DNA from: Methanomicrobiales archaeon
GTDB taxonomy: Archaea; Halobacteriota; Methanomicrobia; Methanomicrobiales; Methanospirillaceae
Assembly: GCA_037137755.1 (NCBI GenBank)
Contig: JBAXJR010000010.1
Span: 1-60,919 of the forward strand
Length of the DNA: 60,919 nucleotides
Direction: 5' to 3'
Below are positions 9,742 to 19,645 of this stretch, in pieces (the stretch's first letter is position 1; every line of letters starts with the position of its first letter). Made by a program: the position numbers and the translations under genes. The notes beneath the pieces are model-generated. The model was not told where the DNA came from, did no database searches, and was given only the letters and a program-made list of their open reading frames with translations.

Positions 9742-10545
9742 ATGGTCGGGAGACAGCAACCGATGAAAGTAATCAATATTATCGGACATTCATGTTCAGG
9801 AAAGACAACCTTCATCTCGAAACTTGTAGTGAAACTGAAGGACCTGGGCAGGGTTGCAACTATCAAGCATCTGGGCCATCACAATTTCAATCTTGAAAAA
9901 GGAAAAGATACTACGATTTTTTACGAGAGTGGTGTCACTCTCTCTGCAGGAATCGATTCTGAAAAAACCGTCATCACTATCAGGAATAACGACTTGACTT
10001 CGATACTCGATCTTCTTGCAGACCAGGGCATTGAATTCACAGTTATCGAGGGATTTAAAACGTTGGGTCTGCCTGCAATTGTTATTGGCGATCTTGAGTC
10101 AGACAAGGTACTATTCAGGAACCCGACCCTTGACGATATAATGAACGGGCTGGAACAATTTCCGGAATATTGTACTTTGAATAGTGTCGAAACTGAGTTA
10201 AGGAAGGCCGGGTCTTACCCGGAGGGTTTCAGTAAAACCTGCCTTTCGAAGCCGGATCAATCACCCAATGGTCTTCTTATGACTGTTTCAGTTCCCGCGA
10301 ATTTTTCCGAAACACAATTCGCTGCCGGATATACAGCATTCAGGAAGATCGCTGAGGAGGTATCCGGGGAAATATCCCATGAATATCATCCAGTTCTGGT
10401 ATATGTGGGGCTACGGAACTGCTGGAATTTTTCTCTACACGCTGAGTTTTTAATTGCAGTAATCGCAGAAGATTTTGAGACCGCCTCCTTCGTTTTTTCG
10501 GCGGTTCATGAACGAATAAAGAGAAAAACTGCAATAGTGGGTTGA
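9742..10545 (+). CDS. mobB: MobB fused to a degenerate MoaE-like domain
   Basis: GHSCSGKTT P-loop, VATIKH, GKDT and IEGFK are MobB motifs. The C-terminal about 110 aa are MoaE-like in pattern but lack HR and PIWKKE. The start is probably 9763. Confidence 0.85.
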   Translation: MVGRQQPMKVINIIGHSCSGKTTFISKLVVKLKDLGRVATIKHLGHHNFNLEKGKDTTIFYESGVTLSAGIDSEKTVITIRNNDLTSILDLLADQGIEFTVIEGFKTLGLPAIVIGDLESDKVLFRNPTLDDIMNGLEQFPEYCTLNSVETELRKAGSYPEGFSKTCLSKPDQSPNGLLMTVSVPANFSETQFAAGYTAFRKIAEEVSGEISHEYHPVLVYVGLRNCWNFSLHAEFLIAVIAEDFETASFVFSAVHERIKRKTAIVG

Positions 10546-10886
10546 TGATCGGCCAGAAATTCTGACATCTATCAAATTACGAGTTTTTTCCATTTTATGG
10601 CGCGTCATATCATTCGAGCAAGCTGCCATTCATGTAGTATTACCCGGTTATCGGGAAAATTCTGAATTTTAAATTTTTTTTGCAGGATTTATACCCCATG
10701 ATTTTTCCTAATACCCAACCATTCCATAATTTAGATCAAGTTTGATCCTGCTATAAGCAGCGTTAAATGCTCGTGAAAAAATGAAAATTGAAGTTAACCG
10801 AATAATATTGATTTTTTTATATTAAATACTAAAATTTAAGTACATTTCAGATCGACAACTGATCTATATGATTTCTGTGTGATATC

Positions 10887-11150
10887 ATGGCTTTTGCAGT
10901 ACATGTGAATATTGAGCGTTGTACCGGATGCGGTAACTGTGTGGTTGCATGTCCGGTCGATGCACTCGAGCTTTTTGTGCTCGACCCTGCCACCAAGGAG
11001 AAGATCTACCAGGTGCAGGATGGTGTCTCAGTCAGCATCGATTTCAAGTCTGAACTTTGTGCCGGTTGCGGTGTATGCGTCGAAGCGTGCCCGACCCAGG
11101 TAATATCCCTCACAGGGAGGGGCGACAGCCGCTATATGGCCCATACATGA
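10887..11150 (+). CDS. fwdG: 2x[4Fe-4S] ferredoxin, FwdG-like
   Basis: CTGCGNCVVACP and CAGCGVCVEACP. First gene of the fwd operon. Confidence 0.8.
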   Translation: MAFAVHVNIERCTGCGNCVVACPVDALELFVLDPATKEKIYQVQDGVSVSIDFKSELCAGCGVCVEACPTQVISLTGRGDSRYMAHT

Positions 11151-11215
11151 ACCAGCCCTGGTTTTGGAATCAATACCAAAAGGGTTGAAACGATTAATTT
11201 CCTGAGGAGATACAA

Positions 11216-11623
11216 TTGACAAACAAAGTTACACTCAACATGATCACATGCCGTACCATCCAGCAGGGTGTCGGCATGGAAGCAGGCAAGACGTCCCAGA
11301 AGTACTTCGACGCCTGCACCATCGTCCATATGCACCCCGAAGACATGAAGAAGCTCGGGATATGGAAGAACACGAATGTCCGGGTCACCAGCTCGGTCGG
11401 CAGCGTTATTGTAAAGGCAGTCGAAACCCGTGAAGACCTCGTCCCCGGACTTGCCCATATACCAATGGGCCCCTGGGCGAACCGAATCGTCCCAGCCTAT
11501 ACGTATTCAACCGGAGAACCGTGTTTCAAGGGATTCCCGGTTGAGATCGAAGTCGCCATGAACGAACGGATCATGGGTGCAGTCGAGATAGTACAGGACG
11601 CCTGTGGCCTGATAAGGAAGTGA
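11216..11623 (+). CDS. fwdD: Formylmethanofuran dehydrogenase subunit D
   Basis: ITCRTIQQG, HIPMGPWAN and TGEPCFKG. TTG start with GAGGAG RBS. Confidence 0.93.
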   Translation: MTNKVTLNMITCRTIQQGVGMEAGKTSQKYFDACTIVHMHPEDMKKLGIWKNTNVRVTSSVGSVIVKAVETREDLVPGLAHIPMGPWANRIVPAYTYSTGEPCFKGFPVEIEVAMNERIMGAVEIVQDACGLIRK

Positions 11624-11629
11624 GGAGCT

Positions 11630-12955
11630 ATGCCAAAAGAAGTAACTGATGTTATCTGCCCGTTCTGCGGTACCCTGTGTGATGACCTCATCGTCACCGT
11701 GTCCGATGACAACAAGACAATCCTTGGTGTCAAGAACGCCTGCGCTATCGGCGCCGAAAAATTCAACCACCAGCGGCTCCCTGGCCGGGTCAAGCGCCCA
11801 AGGATGCGACAGGCTGATGGTACCTATAAAGAAATCACCTACGATGAGGCGATCGACTGGACGGCAAATATGCTGGTCAAGTCAAGAAAGACCCTGATGT
11901 ACGGCTGGGCATCCACCAGCTGCCAGGCCATGAGCGTCGGCCACGAGATCGCTGAAAAGGTCGGCGGTATCGTCGACAACTGTGCAACGGTCTGCCACGG
12001 CTCGTCCCTTATCGCAATCGAAGATGTAGGTGTTCCGAGCTGTACGCTCGGTGAGGTCAAGAACCGTGCCGACCGCGTTATTTTCTGGGGCTGTAACCCG
12101 GCTCACGCCCACCCAAGGCATATGTCCCGGTACTCGATCTTCCCCCGCGGCTTTTTCACGGTAAAGGGTCATAAGGGAAGGAAGATCTATTGTGTTGACT
12201 GCCGGTACACGGACACAGCAAAGTGCGCCGACGAATTCATCCAGGTCCAGCAGGGCTACGATTACGAGCTCCTGAATGCATTCCGGACTGCAGCACGTGG
12301 GGAGGTACTCCCTGACACGGTAGGCGGTGTCCCGAAAGAGAAGATCATCGAGATCGTTGAAGACCTGAAATCAGCCCGCTTCGGTATCATCTTCTTCGGT
12401 ATGGGCCTGACCCACACCATGGGCAGGAACCACAATATCGATATTGCCATCAACCTGACCCGTGACATGAACGACTATACTAAATTCGCGATCATGGCCA
12501 TGCGGGGTCACTGGAACGTTACCGGCTCCGGACAGGTACTTGGCTGGCAGTACGGGTTCCCGTACGCGGTTGACCTCTCCCGGAGAGACCAGGCCCGCCA
12601 CCAGACCGGGGAAACGACATCAGTCGACCTCTTAAACCGCAACGAAGTTGAGGCATGTTTCTATATCGCCACTGACCCCGGGGCACACTTCCCAATCGAC
12701 TCGATGATCAGCAGTTCGAAGAAACCGACTGTCACCGTCGATCCTCACATCAACTGCACGACTGAGATCTCGGATATCCACATACCGGTCGCGATGGTTG
12801 GTGTCGAAGTAGGGGGATGTGCCTATCGTATGGATAACGTCCCTATCGAGACCCGCAAGGTCGTTGACCCCCCTGAGGGTATGCTCACGGACGAGGAACT
12901 CTTAACAAAGATCAACCACCGTGTTGACGAACTCCTTGCCAAGGGAGGGGCGTAA
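11630..12955 (+). CDS. fwdB: Formylmethanofuran dehydrogenase subunit B (Cys form)
   Basis: CPFCGTLCDD, DNCATVCHG, WGCNPAHAHPRHMSRY and MRGHWNV. Confidence 0.96.
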   Translation: MPKEVTDVICPFCGTLCDDLIVTVSDDNKTILGVKNACAIGAEKFNHQRLPGRVKRPRMRQADGTYKEITYDEAIDWTANMLVKSRKTLMYGWASTSCQAMSVGHEIAEKVGGIVDNCATVCHGSSLIAIEDVGVPSCTLGEVKNRADRVIFWGCNPAHAHPRHMSRYSIFPRGFFTVKGHKGRKIYCVDCRYTDTAKCADEFIQVQQGYDYELLNAFRTAARGEVLPDTVGGVPKEKIIEIVEDLKSARFGIIFFGMGLTHTMGRNHNIDIAINLTRDMNDYTKFAIMAMRGHWNVTGSGQVLGWQYGFPYAVDLSRRDQARHQTGETTSVDLLNRNEVEACFYIATDPGAHFPIDSMISSSKKPTVTVDPHINCTTEISDIHIPVAMVGVEVGGCAYRMDNVPIETRKVVDPPEGMLTDEELLTKINHRVDELLAKGGA

Positions 12956-12956
12956 A

Positions 12957-14666
12957 ATGTCTGAATATATCATTAAGAACGGTCACGTCTTTGACCCGGT
13001 ACAGGGAATCAAAGGCGACAGGAAAGACATCTTTGTTAAGGACAACAAGATTGTCGATAAGGTCGGGTCCGGTGCAAAGGTCATCGATGCATCAGGCAAG
13101 ACCGTTATGGCAGGTGCCCTTGAGATCCACGCCCATGTCGCAGGTCCCAAGGTCAACGCCGGTCGCTGGTACCGCCCAGAAGACAAGCATTTTGACTCCC
13201 ACAAGACAGCCGGCATCACCAGGATCGAAGGCGGCAAGTCAATCCCGACGGTCTTCAAGACAGGGTACGAGTACGCCCGTATGGGGTTCACGTTTGCCAT
13301 GGAAGCGGCAATGCCCCCACTCTATGCCCGCCATGTTCACGAGGAGATCCACGACACCCCAATCATCGATGAAGCAGCCCTGCCGGTGTTCGGCAACAAC
13401 TGGTTTATCCTCGAGTACCTCAAGAATCAGGAAATCGAGAACACTGCAGCATATATCGCCTGGGTTCTCAACCAGACCAAGGGATATGGGGTCAAGGTTG
13501 TAAACCCCGGCGGCACCGAAGCCTGGGCATGGGGACTGAACTGTCTTTCCATCCACGACCCGGTCCCGTACTTCGATATCACGCCGGCAGAGATTATCAC
13601 CGGCCTGATGGCGGCAAATGAGTATCTCGGTCTGCCGCACTCGATGCACCTTCACCAGAATAACCTCGGCAACCCGGGAAATTACACCACCACGCTCGAT
13701 TCCTTAAAGCTTGCAGAGGGCGTCAAAGCAAAGAATAACTTCGGCCGCGAACAGGTTCTGCACTCGACGCACCTCCAGTTCCATTCCTACAAGGGTACAA
13801 ACTGGGGAGACTTCGAGTCCGGTGCAAAGGAAGTCATGGACTACGTCAACCGACAGAAGAACCTCACCATCGACACCGGTAACGTCACCCTTGACGAGAC
13901 CACGACGATGACTGCGGATGGTCCGTTCGAGCACCACCTCAACAGTCTCAACCACTTAAAGTGGATCAACGTAGACGTCGAACTTGAAACAGCAGCAGGT
14001 GTAGTACCCTTCATTTATGACCCGGACAACGCCGTCTTCGCCAGCCAGTGGGCAGTCGGGCTTGAACTGGCACTCTATGCAAAAGACCCGATGCGCTGCT
14101 TCATCACCACCGACCACCCGAATGCAGGACCATTCACCCGGTACCCGCGTGTCTACGCGTGGCTCATGAGCGAGAAGTACCGCAACGAGCGGCTCAATTC
14201 CTTCAAAAAAGCCGACAAGGTCATCAGTGCAACCACCCTCGCAAACATCGACCGCGAGATCACGCTCTACGAGCTGGCAGCCATGACCCGTGCCGGTCCG
14301 GCCAAGTCCCTTGGACTCTCAAAGGACTACGGTGGCTTAAAGGTAGGGATGAACGCCGATATCGCCATCTACAACATCAACCCGGACAAATTCCCATCAG
14401 ACGGGGCAGCAATCGAAAAGGCATTCGGCAAAGTTGCCTACCTCTTCAAGGACGGGAAGATCTGCGTCGAAGAAGGCAAGGTCGTCGATATGGGCAAGAA
14501 GCACACCTTCTGGGTGGATGCAAAAGTCAAGGAGAACAAGCAGGTCATGCATGATGTCAGGGAAAAATTCCTCCGCTATTACAGTGTGAACGAGAACAAC
14601 TACTCGGTCCCGGAGAGCTATGCACCGCACCAGCACATTATCAGCGTGGATGCAACCCAGGCGTAG
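12957..14666 (+). CDS. fwdA: Formylmethanofuran dehydrogenase subunit A (amidohydrolase fold)
   Basis: IHAHVAG, KVVNPGG and TTDHPNAGPF. ATG at 12957 lies right after the fwdB stop. Confidence 0.96.
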   Translation: MSEYIIKNGHVFDPVQGIKGDRKDIFVKDNKIVDKVGSGAKVIDASGKTVMAGALEIHAHVAGPKVNAGRWYRPEDKHFDSHKTAGITRIEGGKSIPTVFKTGYEYARMGFTFAMEAAMPPLYARHVHEEIHDTPIIDEAALPVFGNNWFILEYLKNQEIENTAAYIAWVLNQTKGYGVKVVNPGGTEAWAWGLNCLSIHDPVPYFDITPAEIITGLMAANEYLGLPHSMHLHQNNLGNPGNYTTTLDSLKLAEGVKAKNNFGREQVLHSTHLQFHSYKGTNWGDFESGAKEVMDYVNRQKNLTIDTGNVTLDETTTMTADGPFEHHLNSLNHLKWINVDVELETAAGVVPFIYDPDNAVFASQWAVGLELALYAKDPMRCFITTDHPNAGPFTRYPRVYAWLMSEKYRNERLNSFKKADKVISATTLANIDREITLYELAAMTRAGPAKSLGLSKDYGGLKVGMNADIAIYNINPDKFPSDGAAIEKAFGKVAYLFKDGKICVEEGKVVDMGKKHTFWVDAKVKENKQVMHDVREKFLRYYSVNENNYSVPESYAPHQHIISVDATQA

Positions 14667-14676
14667 GTGAAAAGAC

Positions 14677-15477
14677 ATGAAAACGGTTACACTCACAGTA
14701 AAAAACGTACCGGAACTCTATCTGGAATGCGAGAACGTCAACCCGGACGCCTTTGCAGGTAAGACCACCGACGAGATCGCAAAGCTTGGCGGTTACCAGG
14801 GCAAGGAAATCTCAACGCTGGGCGATTACTTCACCATTGCCGGTGAAGCAGGTGCAACGGCAGCAGATACGAAAATCGTTGTCAACGGTGACTGCACGAA
14901 GATGAAGTACCTCGGCGCCAAGATGAGTGCCGGTGAAATGGTCATAAACTCGACGACCGATATGTACACCGGCAGCTGGATGACGGGCGGGAATCTGCTC
15001 GTCAAGGGCAACGTCCATTCCTTCTGTGGTCTCGCAATGAAAGGCGGGGAATTCACCATCGAAGGCGACGCAGGAAACTACCTCGGCGCTGCCTACCGTG
15101 GCGACTGGAGAGGCATGAGCGGGGGAGTCCTTCGCGTGAAAGGGAACGCCGGCTCTGATGTTGCAACATTTATGACCGGTGGCGAACTGATTGTCGAAGG
15201 GGATGTTGATATCCACATTGGCACCCACATGGAAGGTGGGAAGATCATCGTAAAGGGCAATGCCAACCGCCGTGTCGGTGGTCAGCTGGTGAAGGGCGAG
15301 ATCTATGTCTTTGGCAATATTAACGTCATGATGCCCGGTTTCAAACCCACGGGAGACGTTAACCTCGAGGTTGACGGAACGAACGCGAAGTTCACCGAGT
15401 ACATCGGCGACCTTGGCGAACGGCACCCCAAGAGGAAAGGCGAGACCGTTTACGGGAAAATATTCCTGAAAAAATAA
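14677..15477 (+). CDS. fwdC: Formylmethanofuran dehydrogenase subunit C
   Basis: GXGXG beta-helix repeats, AYRGDWRGMSGG and GDLGE. Confidence 0.95.
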   Translation: MKTVTLTVKNVPELYLECENVNPDAFAGKTTDEIAKLGGYQGKEISTLGDYFTIAGEAGATAADTKIVVNGDCTKMKYLGAKMSAGEMVINSTTDMYTGSWMTGGNLLVKGNVHSFCGLAMKGGEFTIEGDAGNYLGAAYRGDWRGMSGGVLRVKGNAGSDVATFMTGGELIVEGDVDIHIGTHMEGGKIIVKGNANRRVGGQLVKGEIYVFGNINVMMPGFKPTGDVNLEVDGTNAKFTEYIGDLGERHPKRKGETVYGKIFLKK

Positions 15478-15599
15478 TTTTTTCCGATACCATATGGAAT
15501 AGTCCGTATGGGGTCGAAAATTCCAGAATATGCTATTAAAGATAGAGAAATAACAGGTCAGTGTTACCTGGAACCAGGGAATCGAGGAGGTTATTACAA

Positions 15600-15869
15600 A
15601 TGGACAAATACGAATGCATGATGTGCGGTCATACCTATGACCCGGCAAAAGGAGAATCCAGGGAGTTTCGGACTATCCTGTGTAACTCATCCGAGATGGA
15701 GAGCTACCAGTGCAAACCAGGGGAGATCACAAACGCCTATATCAAGCCCGGTACTGACTTTTCAGCTCTTCCGGCAAGCTGGAAATGTCCCACCTGCGGC
15801 TACCCGAAATCCTATTACCGTAAGCAGGCGGTTGATACGCTTTCTTCCATGCGGACTATCAGCTACTAA
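15600..15869 (+). CDS. Rubredoxin with an internal insertion
   Basis: YECMMCGHTYDPAKG...IKPGTDFSALPASWKCPTCG. GAGGAGG RBS precedes ATG 15600. Confidence 0.85.
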   Translation: MDKYECMMCGHTYDPAKGESREFRTILCNSSEMESYQCKPGEITNAYIKPGTDFSALPASWKCPTCGYPKSYYRKQAVDTLSSMRTISY

Positions 15870-16045
15870 CGCGGGATCAACTATTCGTTCACAAAATTCT
15901 TTTTTTCTCAAAAAAAAAAAAAATCTCTAACTACCCAAACCTTTGACTTCTCATTAAAACGGTGTTACGGATCACCGGAAAAATTGGATCCATGGGTAGT
16001 GGAGAACCCCACCAGCTCGAGGACCATAGCGGAACCACCCTTTTT

Positions 16046-16264
16046 TTAGTACCCGCTTACTACGGGGATCTTTGCTTCAACCAGCTGCCGGTAATGCCGC
16101 TCGGGAAATGTTGAATTATGGATCGATGCATAGAGTGGATAGGATACCGGTGAATGGTATTTCAGGGTTTTATTTGAAAATACCACTGCCATCGTCCTTG
16201 TTGTTGCATCATATCCCAGTTCACGGATGCCGCGGGATACGTACCTGTCCCAGACCATATTCAT
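16046..16264 (-). CDS. KTSC-domain-like small protein
   Basis: SRGIRELGYDATTRTMAVVF...Y.SPV...Y matches the KTSC pattern (S..I..+GYD....L.V.F). GGAG RBS. Confidence 0.7.
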   Translation of the reverse strand: MNMVWDRYVSRGIRELGYDATTRTMAVVFSNKTLKYHSPVSYPLYASIHNSTFPERHYRQLVEAKIPVVSGY

Positions 16265-16383
16265 TTTTTATTCTCCAGGGCACCACCGGGTGCCTTACGC
16301 GGCAATGAGATGTGAGTGGCAATAAGGCTTACCCCGAAACAAAGAGTTCCATGGAAAAAGTATAGCGCCCCCAACCGGGGGAT

Positions 16384-17268
16384 CTAGCCGTTGATCATCT
16401 GTATTATCGTCTTCTTGAACTCATCGTATTCCAGTTCATCCAGCTGCTCGGGTAACATCAGGCCGGTCGAGGCCTGCCGGTATATCCAGTAAATGATTTT
16501 GTCAACGACCCGGATCACATCTTCCTGCGTTTTTACGGTTATCAGATGCCGCCCAATCTTCGGGTGACGGCCACGATGGCCGCCCACGGTGATCCGGTAC
16601 TCCGGGTCAGCGCCACGAATAAGGTGGAACGGGCAGGGCATGATACAGAACCCACACTCCATGCACAGGTCTGCCGAGAGAACAATAATACCATCGTGGA
16701 CTTCGATCGCCTTCTCGCGGCAGTAATTGGTACAGGTACCGCAACCGGTGCACAATCCGGGATCACGTATCGGTTTCTGGATACCCGTGATTCCGATCTC
16801 GTTGAGCCGCTCACTTTCGCACCCGTTTGGGCAGGATGAGATGGCAATCCGGACTTTCACCGGGAGCTCTTTACCGAAAAATTTCTTATCGATCTCTTCT
16901 GCGAGTCCGACACTGTCAATGATCCCGAACTTGCAGTTACGGGTGCCGAGGCAGGCCGTAATATTCACGACTTCTTCCCGCTCGGCCCCAAGGGGAGTGC
17001 CGTTTGATTCAAGTTCACCAAGCAGTCCTTCAAGACAGGATGGATCTATATGCGGGAACTCCATGGTCTGGCGGGTGGTGAGGTGGATCTTCTCAACGCC
17101 ATACCTGGCGGCAATCTCCCCCACTTCTTTCATCTGGGCAGGCGTGATCATTCCGGCCGGCATCCGGAGGCGGACAATACAGAAATCAGGATCGCGTTCG
17201 GTGATAACCCCGCCGCGGGTGAAAAGGTCCTGGTTAACAGACCTTGGTGGACGTGCCATAACATTCAA
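16384..17268 (-). CDS. Siroheme sulfite/nitrite reductase-like protein (Dsr-LP type) with ferredoxin domain
   Basis: IHLTTRQ, CLGTRNC (CX5C), SCPNGC (CX3C), CTGCGTC and CMECGFC. Confidence 0.88.
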   Translation of the reverse strand: MNVMARPPRSVNQDLFTRGGVITERDPDFCIVRLRMPAGMITPAQMKEVGEIAARYGVEKIHLTTRQTMEFPHIDPSCLEGLLGELESNGTPLGAEREEVVNITACLGTRNCKFGIIDSVGLAEEIDKKFFGKELPVKVRIAISSCPNGCESERLNEIGITGIQKPIRDPGLCTGCGTCTNYCREKAIEVHDGIIVLSADLCMECGFCIMPCPFHLIRGADPEYRITVGGHRGRHPKIGRHLITVKTQEDVIRVVDKIIYWIYRQASTGLMLPEQLDELEYDEFKKTIIQMING

Positions 17269-17342
17269 TTATGGGATGTGTTAACTGATAGAGATTATCG
17301 CTATACTAACGATTATAGTATTCAGTTACCAATAGAGTACGT

Positions 17343-17912
17343 ATGACCAAGCAGTCCGAGTACATGGAGGCATTTTTCGGGGTTGAACTCAATGTTAAAT
17401 TCGAGGATATGATTAACGAGCTCAAGGATGCAGAGGAGAGCCTGAAAGATCTCTCAAGAGAGATCGGGAAACTGGGAACGAACCTTAGTCCCGAGGATGC
17501 AAAGGAGCACAATAAAGAGTGCCGGGCGGTCGCATACGAAAATGCCCAGCAGATCAAGGATGTCCGGACCTTCCTTGACTTCTACTTAAAATCTGACAAG
17601 ACTTCCACCCATATCATCCTCGAACGGGATGCGTACATGAAGATTTACCAGATCTTCAAGTGGGACGGCGCTGACGTACGGGACTTAAAACGCTGGTTAA
17701 AAGAACTTCGGGAACTCCTTGATAAGATCGGCCTGAACATAAAAGACCTGGTCAATTTCAAAAAACTCACATCACAGCCGGTCCCGGAGGACCTGGTAAA
17801 GTTCCCTGTCTATGCACTCGACCGCCAGGGATACTGCCTGATTGGTGCGGGATATGATGAAGTGTTACACATCAGCGAAGTCCGTGAACGTATTGCTGAA
17901 AATTCCTCGTGA
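17343..17912 (+). CDS. Hypothetical protein (coiled-coil N-terminus)
   Basis: 189-aa ORF with protein-like composition, divergent from the Dsr-LP gene. Confidence 0.75.
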   Translation: MTKQSEYMEAFFGVELNVKFEDMINELKDAEESLKDLSREIGKLGTNLSPEDAKEHNKECRAVAYENAQQIKDVRTFLDFYLKSDKTSTHIILERDAYMKIYQIFKWDGADVRDLKRWLKELRELLDKIGLNIKDLVNFKKLTSQPVPEDLVKFPVYALDRQGYCLIGAGYDEVLHISEVRERIAENSS

Positions 17913-18076
17913 AAAATCGTAGTTTAATTGAAATATCTCCAACCCCCATACCATTTTTCTCGTATTTTCGATAAAAATTCATCCTGGTCACTTTGATTAT
18001 AAGAGATACGACTCTCCTGAAAGGACTCGGTATTGCATGAAGGACGTGGGGAAATAATCAGATAAATGGTGAAACT

Positions 18077-18304
18077 ATGGTAACAAAGAACCTCGATATT
18101 ACCGGAAAAGTCTGCCCGTACTGCCTGCTCGTTGTGCAGAAACAGGTAAAAGTAATGAAACAGCCGGACGAACTGGTCATCAAATGTGACCATCCCCCTA
18201 CTGCAACCACCTCAATTCCCCAGTTTGCAAGAGATAATAACCTGAATTGTGAGGTAAGTAAGATCTCATCGGGTCTCTGGGAAATCCGGCTCAAAAAAAA
18301 TTAA
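18077..18304 (+). CDS. TusA/SirA-family sulfur carrier
   Basis: LDITGKVCPYC...LVIKCDHP...IPQF...WEIRLKK. Confidence 0.88.
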   Translation: MVTKNLDITGKVCPYCLLVVQKQVKVMKQPDELVIKCDHPPTATTSIPQFARDNNLNCEVSKISSGLWEIRLKKN

Positions 18305-18370
18305 CCAGATCCATTTAACTCAATCGATAAATAATTCAGTACAGGGAACGCTCTTAGTAAGAGCCACATC

Positions 18371-19615
18371 ATGACCTCACATTTTTTTCTTCTCGGCGAA
18401 AGGATCTCCCAGGAGCGGCTTACCTGGATCGAGGAAGTCCTGAAATTTTACTTTTTGAAATTGTATCCTGAAAACCTGCTGCACCATACAACACCAAAGG
18501 AAGTAGCCTTCACGTTCCTGATCACGGGTGATGCATTATACAGCCTGAACGAAGAAGACACACTCCCGGTCTGGGAAATCATTCTTTCCCTGCCTTCCGT
18601 AAAAATTGTCTGTGACCGTCAGGAACTTGATCTTCGGGGCATTTCAATCGAGCGCCTGAAAATGAAAAATCCCGAACAGCTGATCGATCATAACAGCATG
18701 AGCCTGAACGGAAAAACATCATTCTGGAAAGATGTCGTTAAAATTGCCCGGCAGACTGATGAGCCATTACCGAGTACGATAGGCTACCTGCAACTTGAAT
18801 CGCCCTATATGCACACATCAGGACTGAATGCTACCCAGTGCCTGGCTGCAGCAATTGAAGTCCGGGCATCAATAGAACTCTATACCTATCTTGACGGGGT
18901 TCATCTCAGCCATACCAATCAGAACCCGACTGAGTGCCAGAACATTGGTGCAACGCTTGAAGAAATGAATGATCGTGCCGAAAAACGTGGGTTGAAGTGC
19001 CAGATGCTCGCCTGTTCCCGTTGTGCCGCAGCCAGGGGATACAGTACCTGGGATGATGGTAAAGGGGTCGTTATATCTACCTGCACGATAAAGCCATTCA
19101 GGATCCGGAACCTGAAGGCTATTATCGACCGGTTTGAGTGCAACCATCTTATTCTTGGGCAAAATGCTGCATCAATCACGCAGAAAAAAGAAGGACCTAT
19201 ATCCCAGTATAACAACGTTGAGAAGAACGCTGCACCCCCGGTAACGATTCTGATTACGAAGACACCCTATGGAACCGAACATGCATTTGGTGCACTCTCA
19301 TTTGCCATAGCCTGTGCATACCAGGGAATCCGTACCCAGGTTGTTTTTATTGAAGATGGTGTCTATTCATTGACCGGAAACCACCGCCTGAATGAGGAAA
19401 CGCAATACTTCAACCTTCAGGAAGTGATTGAAGCGGTGTCAGAAAGTGAAAATCTCCATCTCTATGCCTACCTGCCTTCACTGCACCGCCGCAGGATCAC
19501 GAAAAATAAACAGATGACCTTCATTCTCGATATTGGTAAAACAGAACTTGCACAACTGTTATTCCATCCATCAAAGAGTTCCCAGGCGGGTCACCAGAGA
19601 GTACTATTCTTTTAG
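18371..19615 (+). CDS. Multi-domain DsrE/DsrF/DsrH(TusBCD)-like sulfur relay fusion
   Basis: Three DsrE-like units: ITGDALY...ELDLRGI; SPY...YLDGV...ACSRCAAARG; ITKTPYGTE...FIEDGVY...SLHRRRI. Confidence 0.8.
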   Translation: MTSHFFLLGERISQERLTWIEEVLKFYFLKLYPENLLHHTTPKEVAFTFLITGDALYSLNEEDTLPVWEIILSLPSVKIVCDRQELDLRGISIERLKMKNPEQLIDHNSMSLNGKTSFWKDVVKIARQTDEPLPSTIGYLQLESPYMHTSGLNATQCLAAAIEVRASIELYTYLDGVHLSHTNQNPTECQNIGATLEEMNDRAEKRGLKCQMLACSRCAAARGYSTWDDGKGVVISTCTIKPFRIRNLKAIIDRFECNHLILGQNAASITQKKEGPISQYNNVEKNAAPPVTILITKTPYGTEHAFGALSFAIACAYQGIRTQVVFIEDGVYSLTGNHRLNEETQYFNLQEVIEAVSESENLHLYAYLPSLHRRRITKNKQMTFILDIGKTELAQLLFHPSKSSQAGHQRVLFF

Positions 19616-19645
19616 AGGCCGGGTAAGGCTGGGAGAAGAAGGACA

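Noticed and set aside
2009-12955. Possible selenocysteine recoding in FdhA or FwdB
   Set aside because: Both frames are open with Cys at the active site, and there is no in-frame TGA.
15899-15923. T-run followed by a long A homopolymer
   Set aside because: Most simply oligo-T terminators for the convergent rubredoxin and KTSC genes, or homopolymer noise. It is non-coding.
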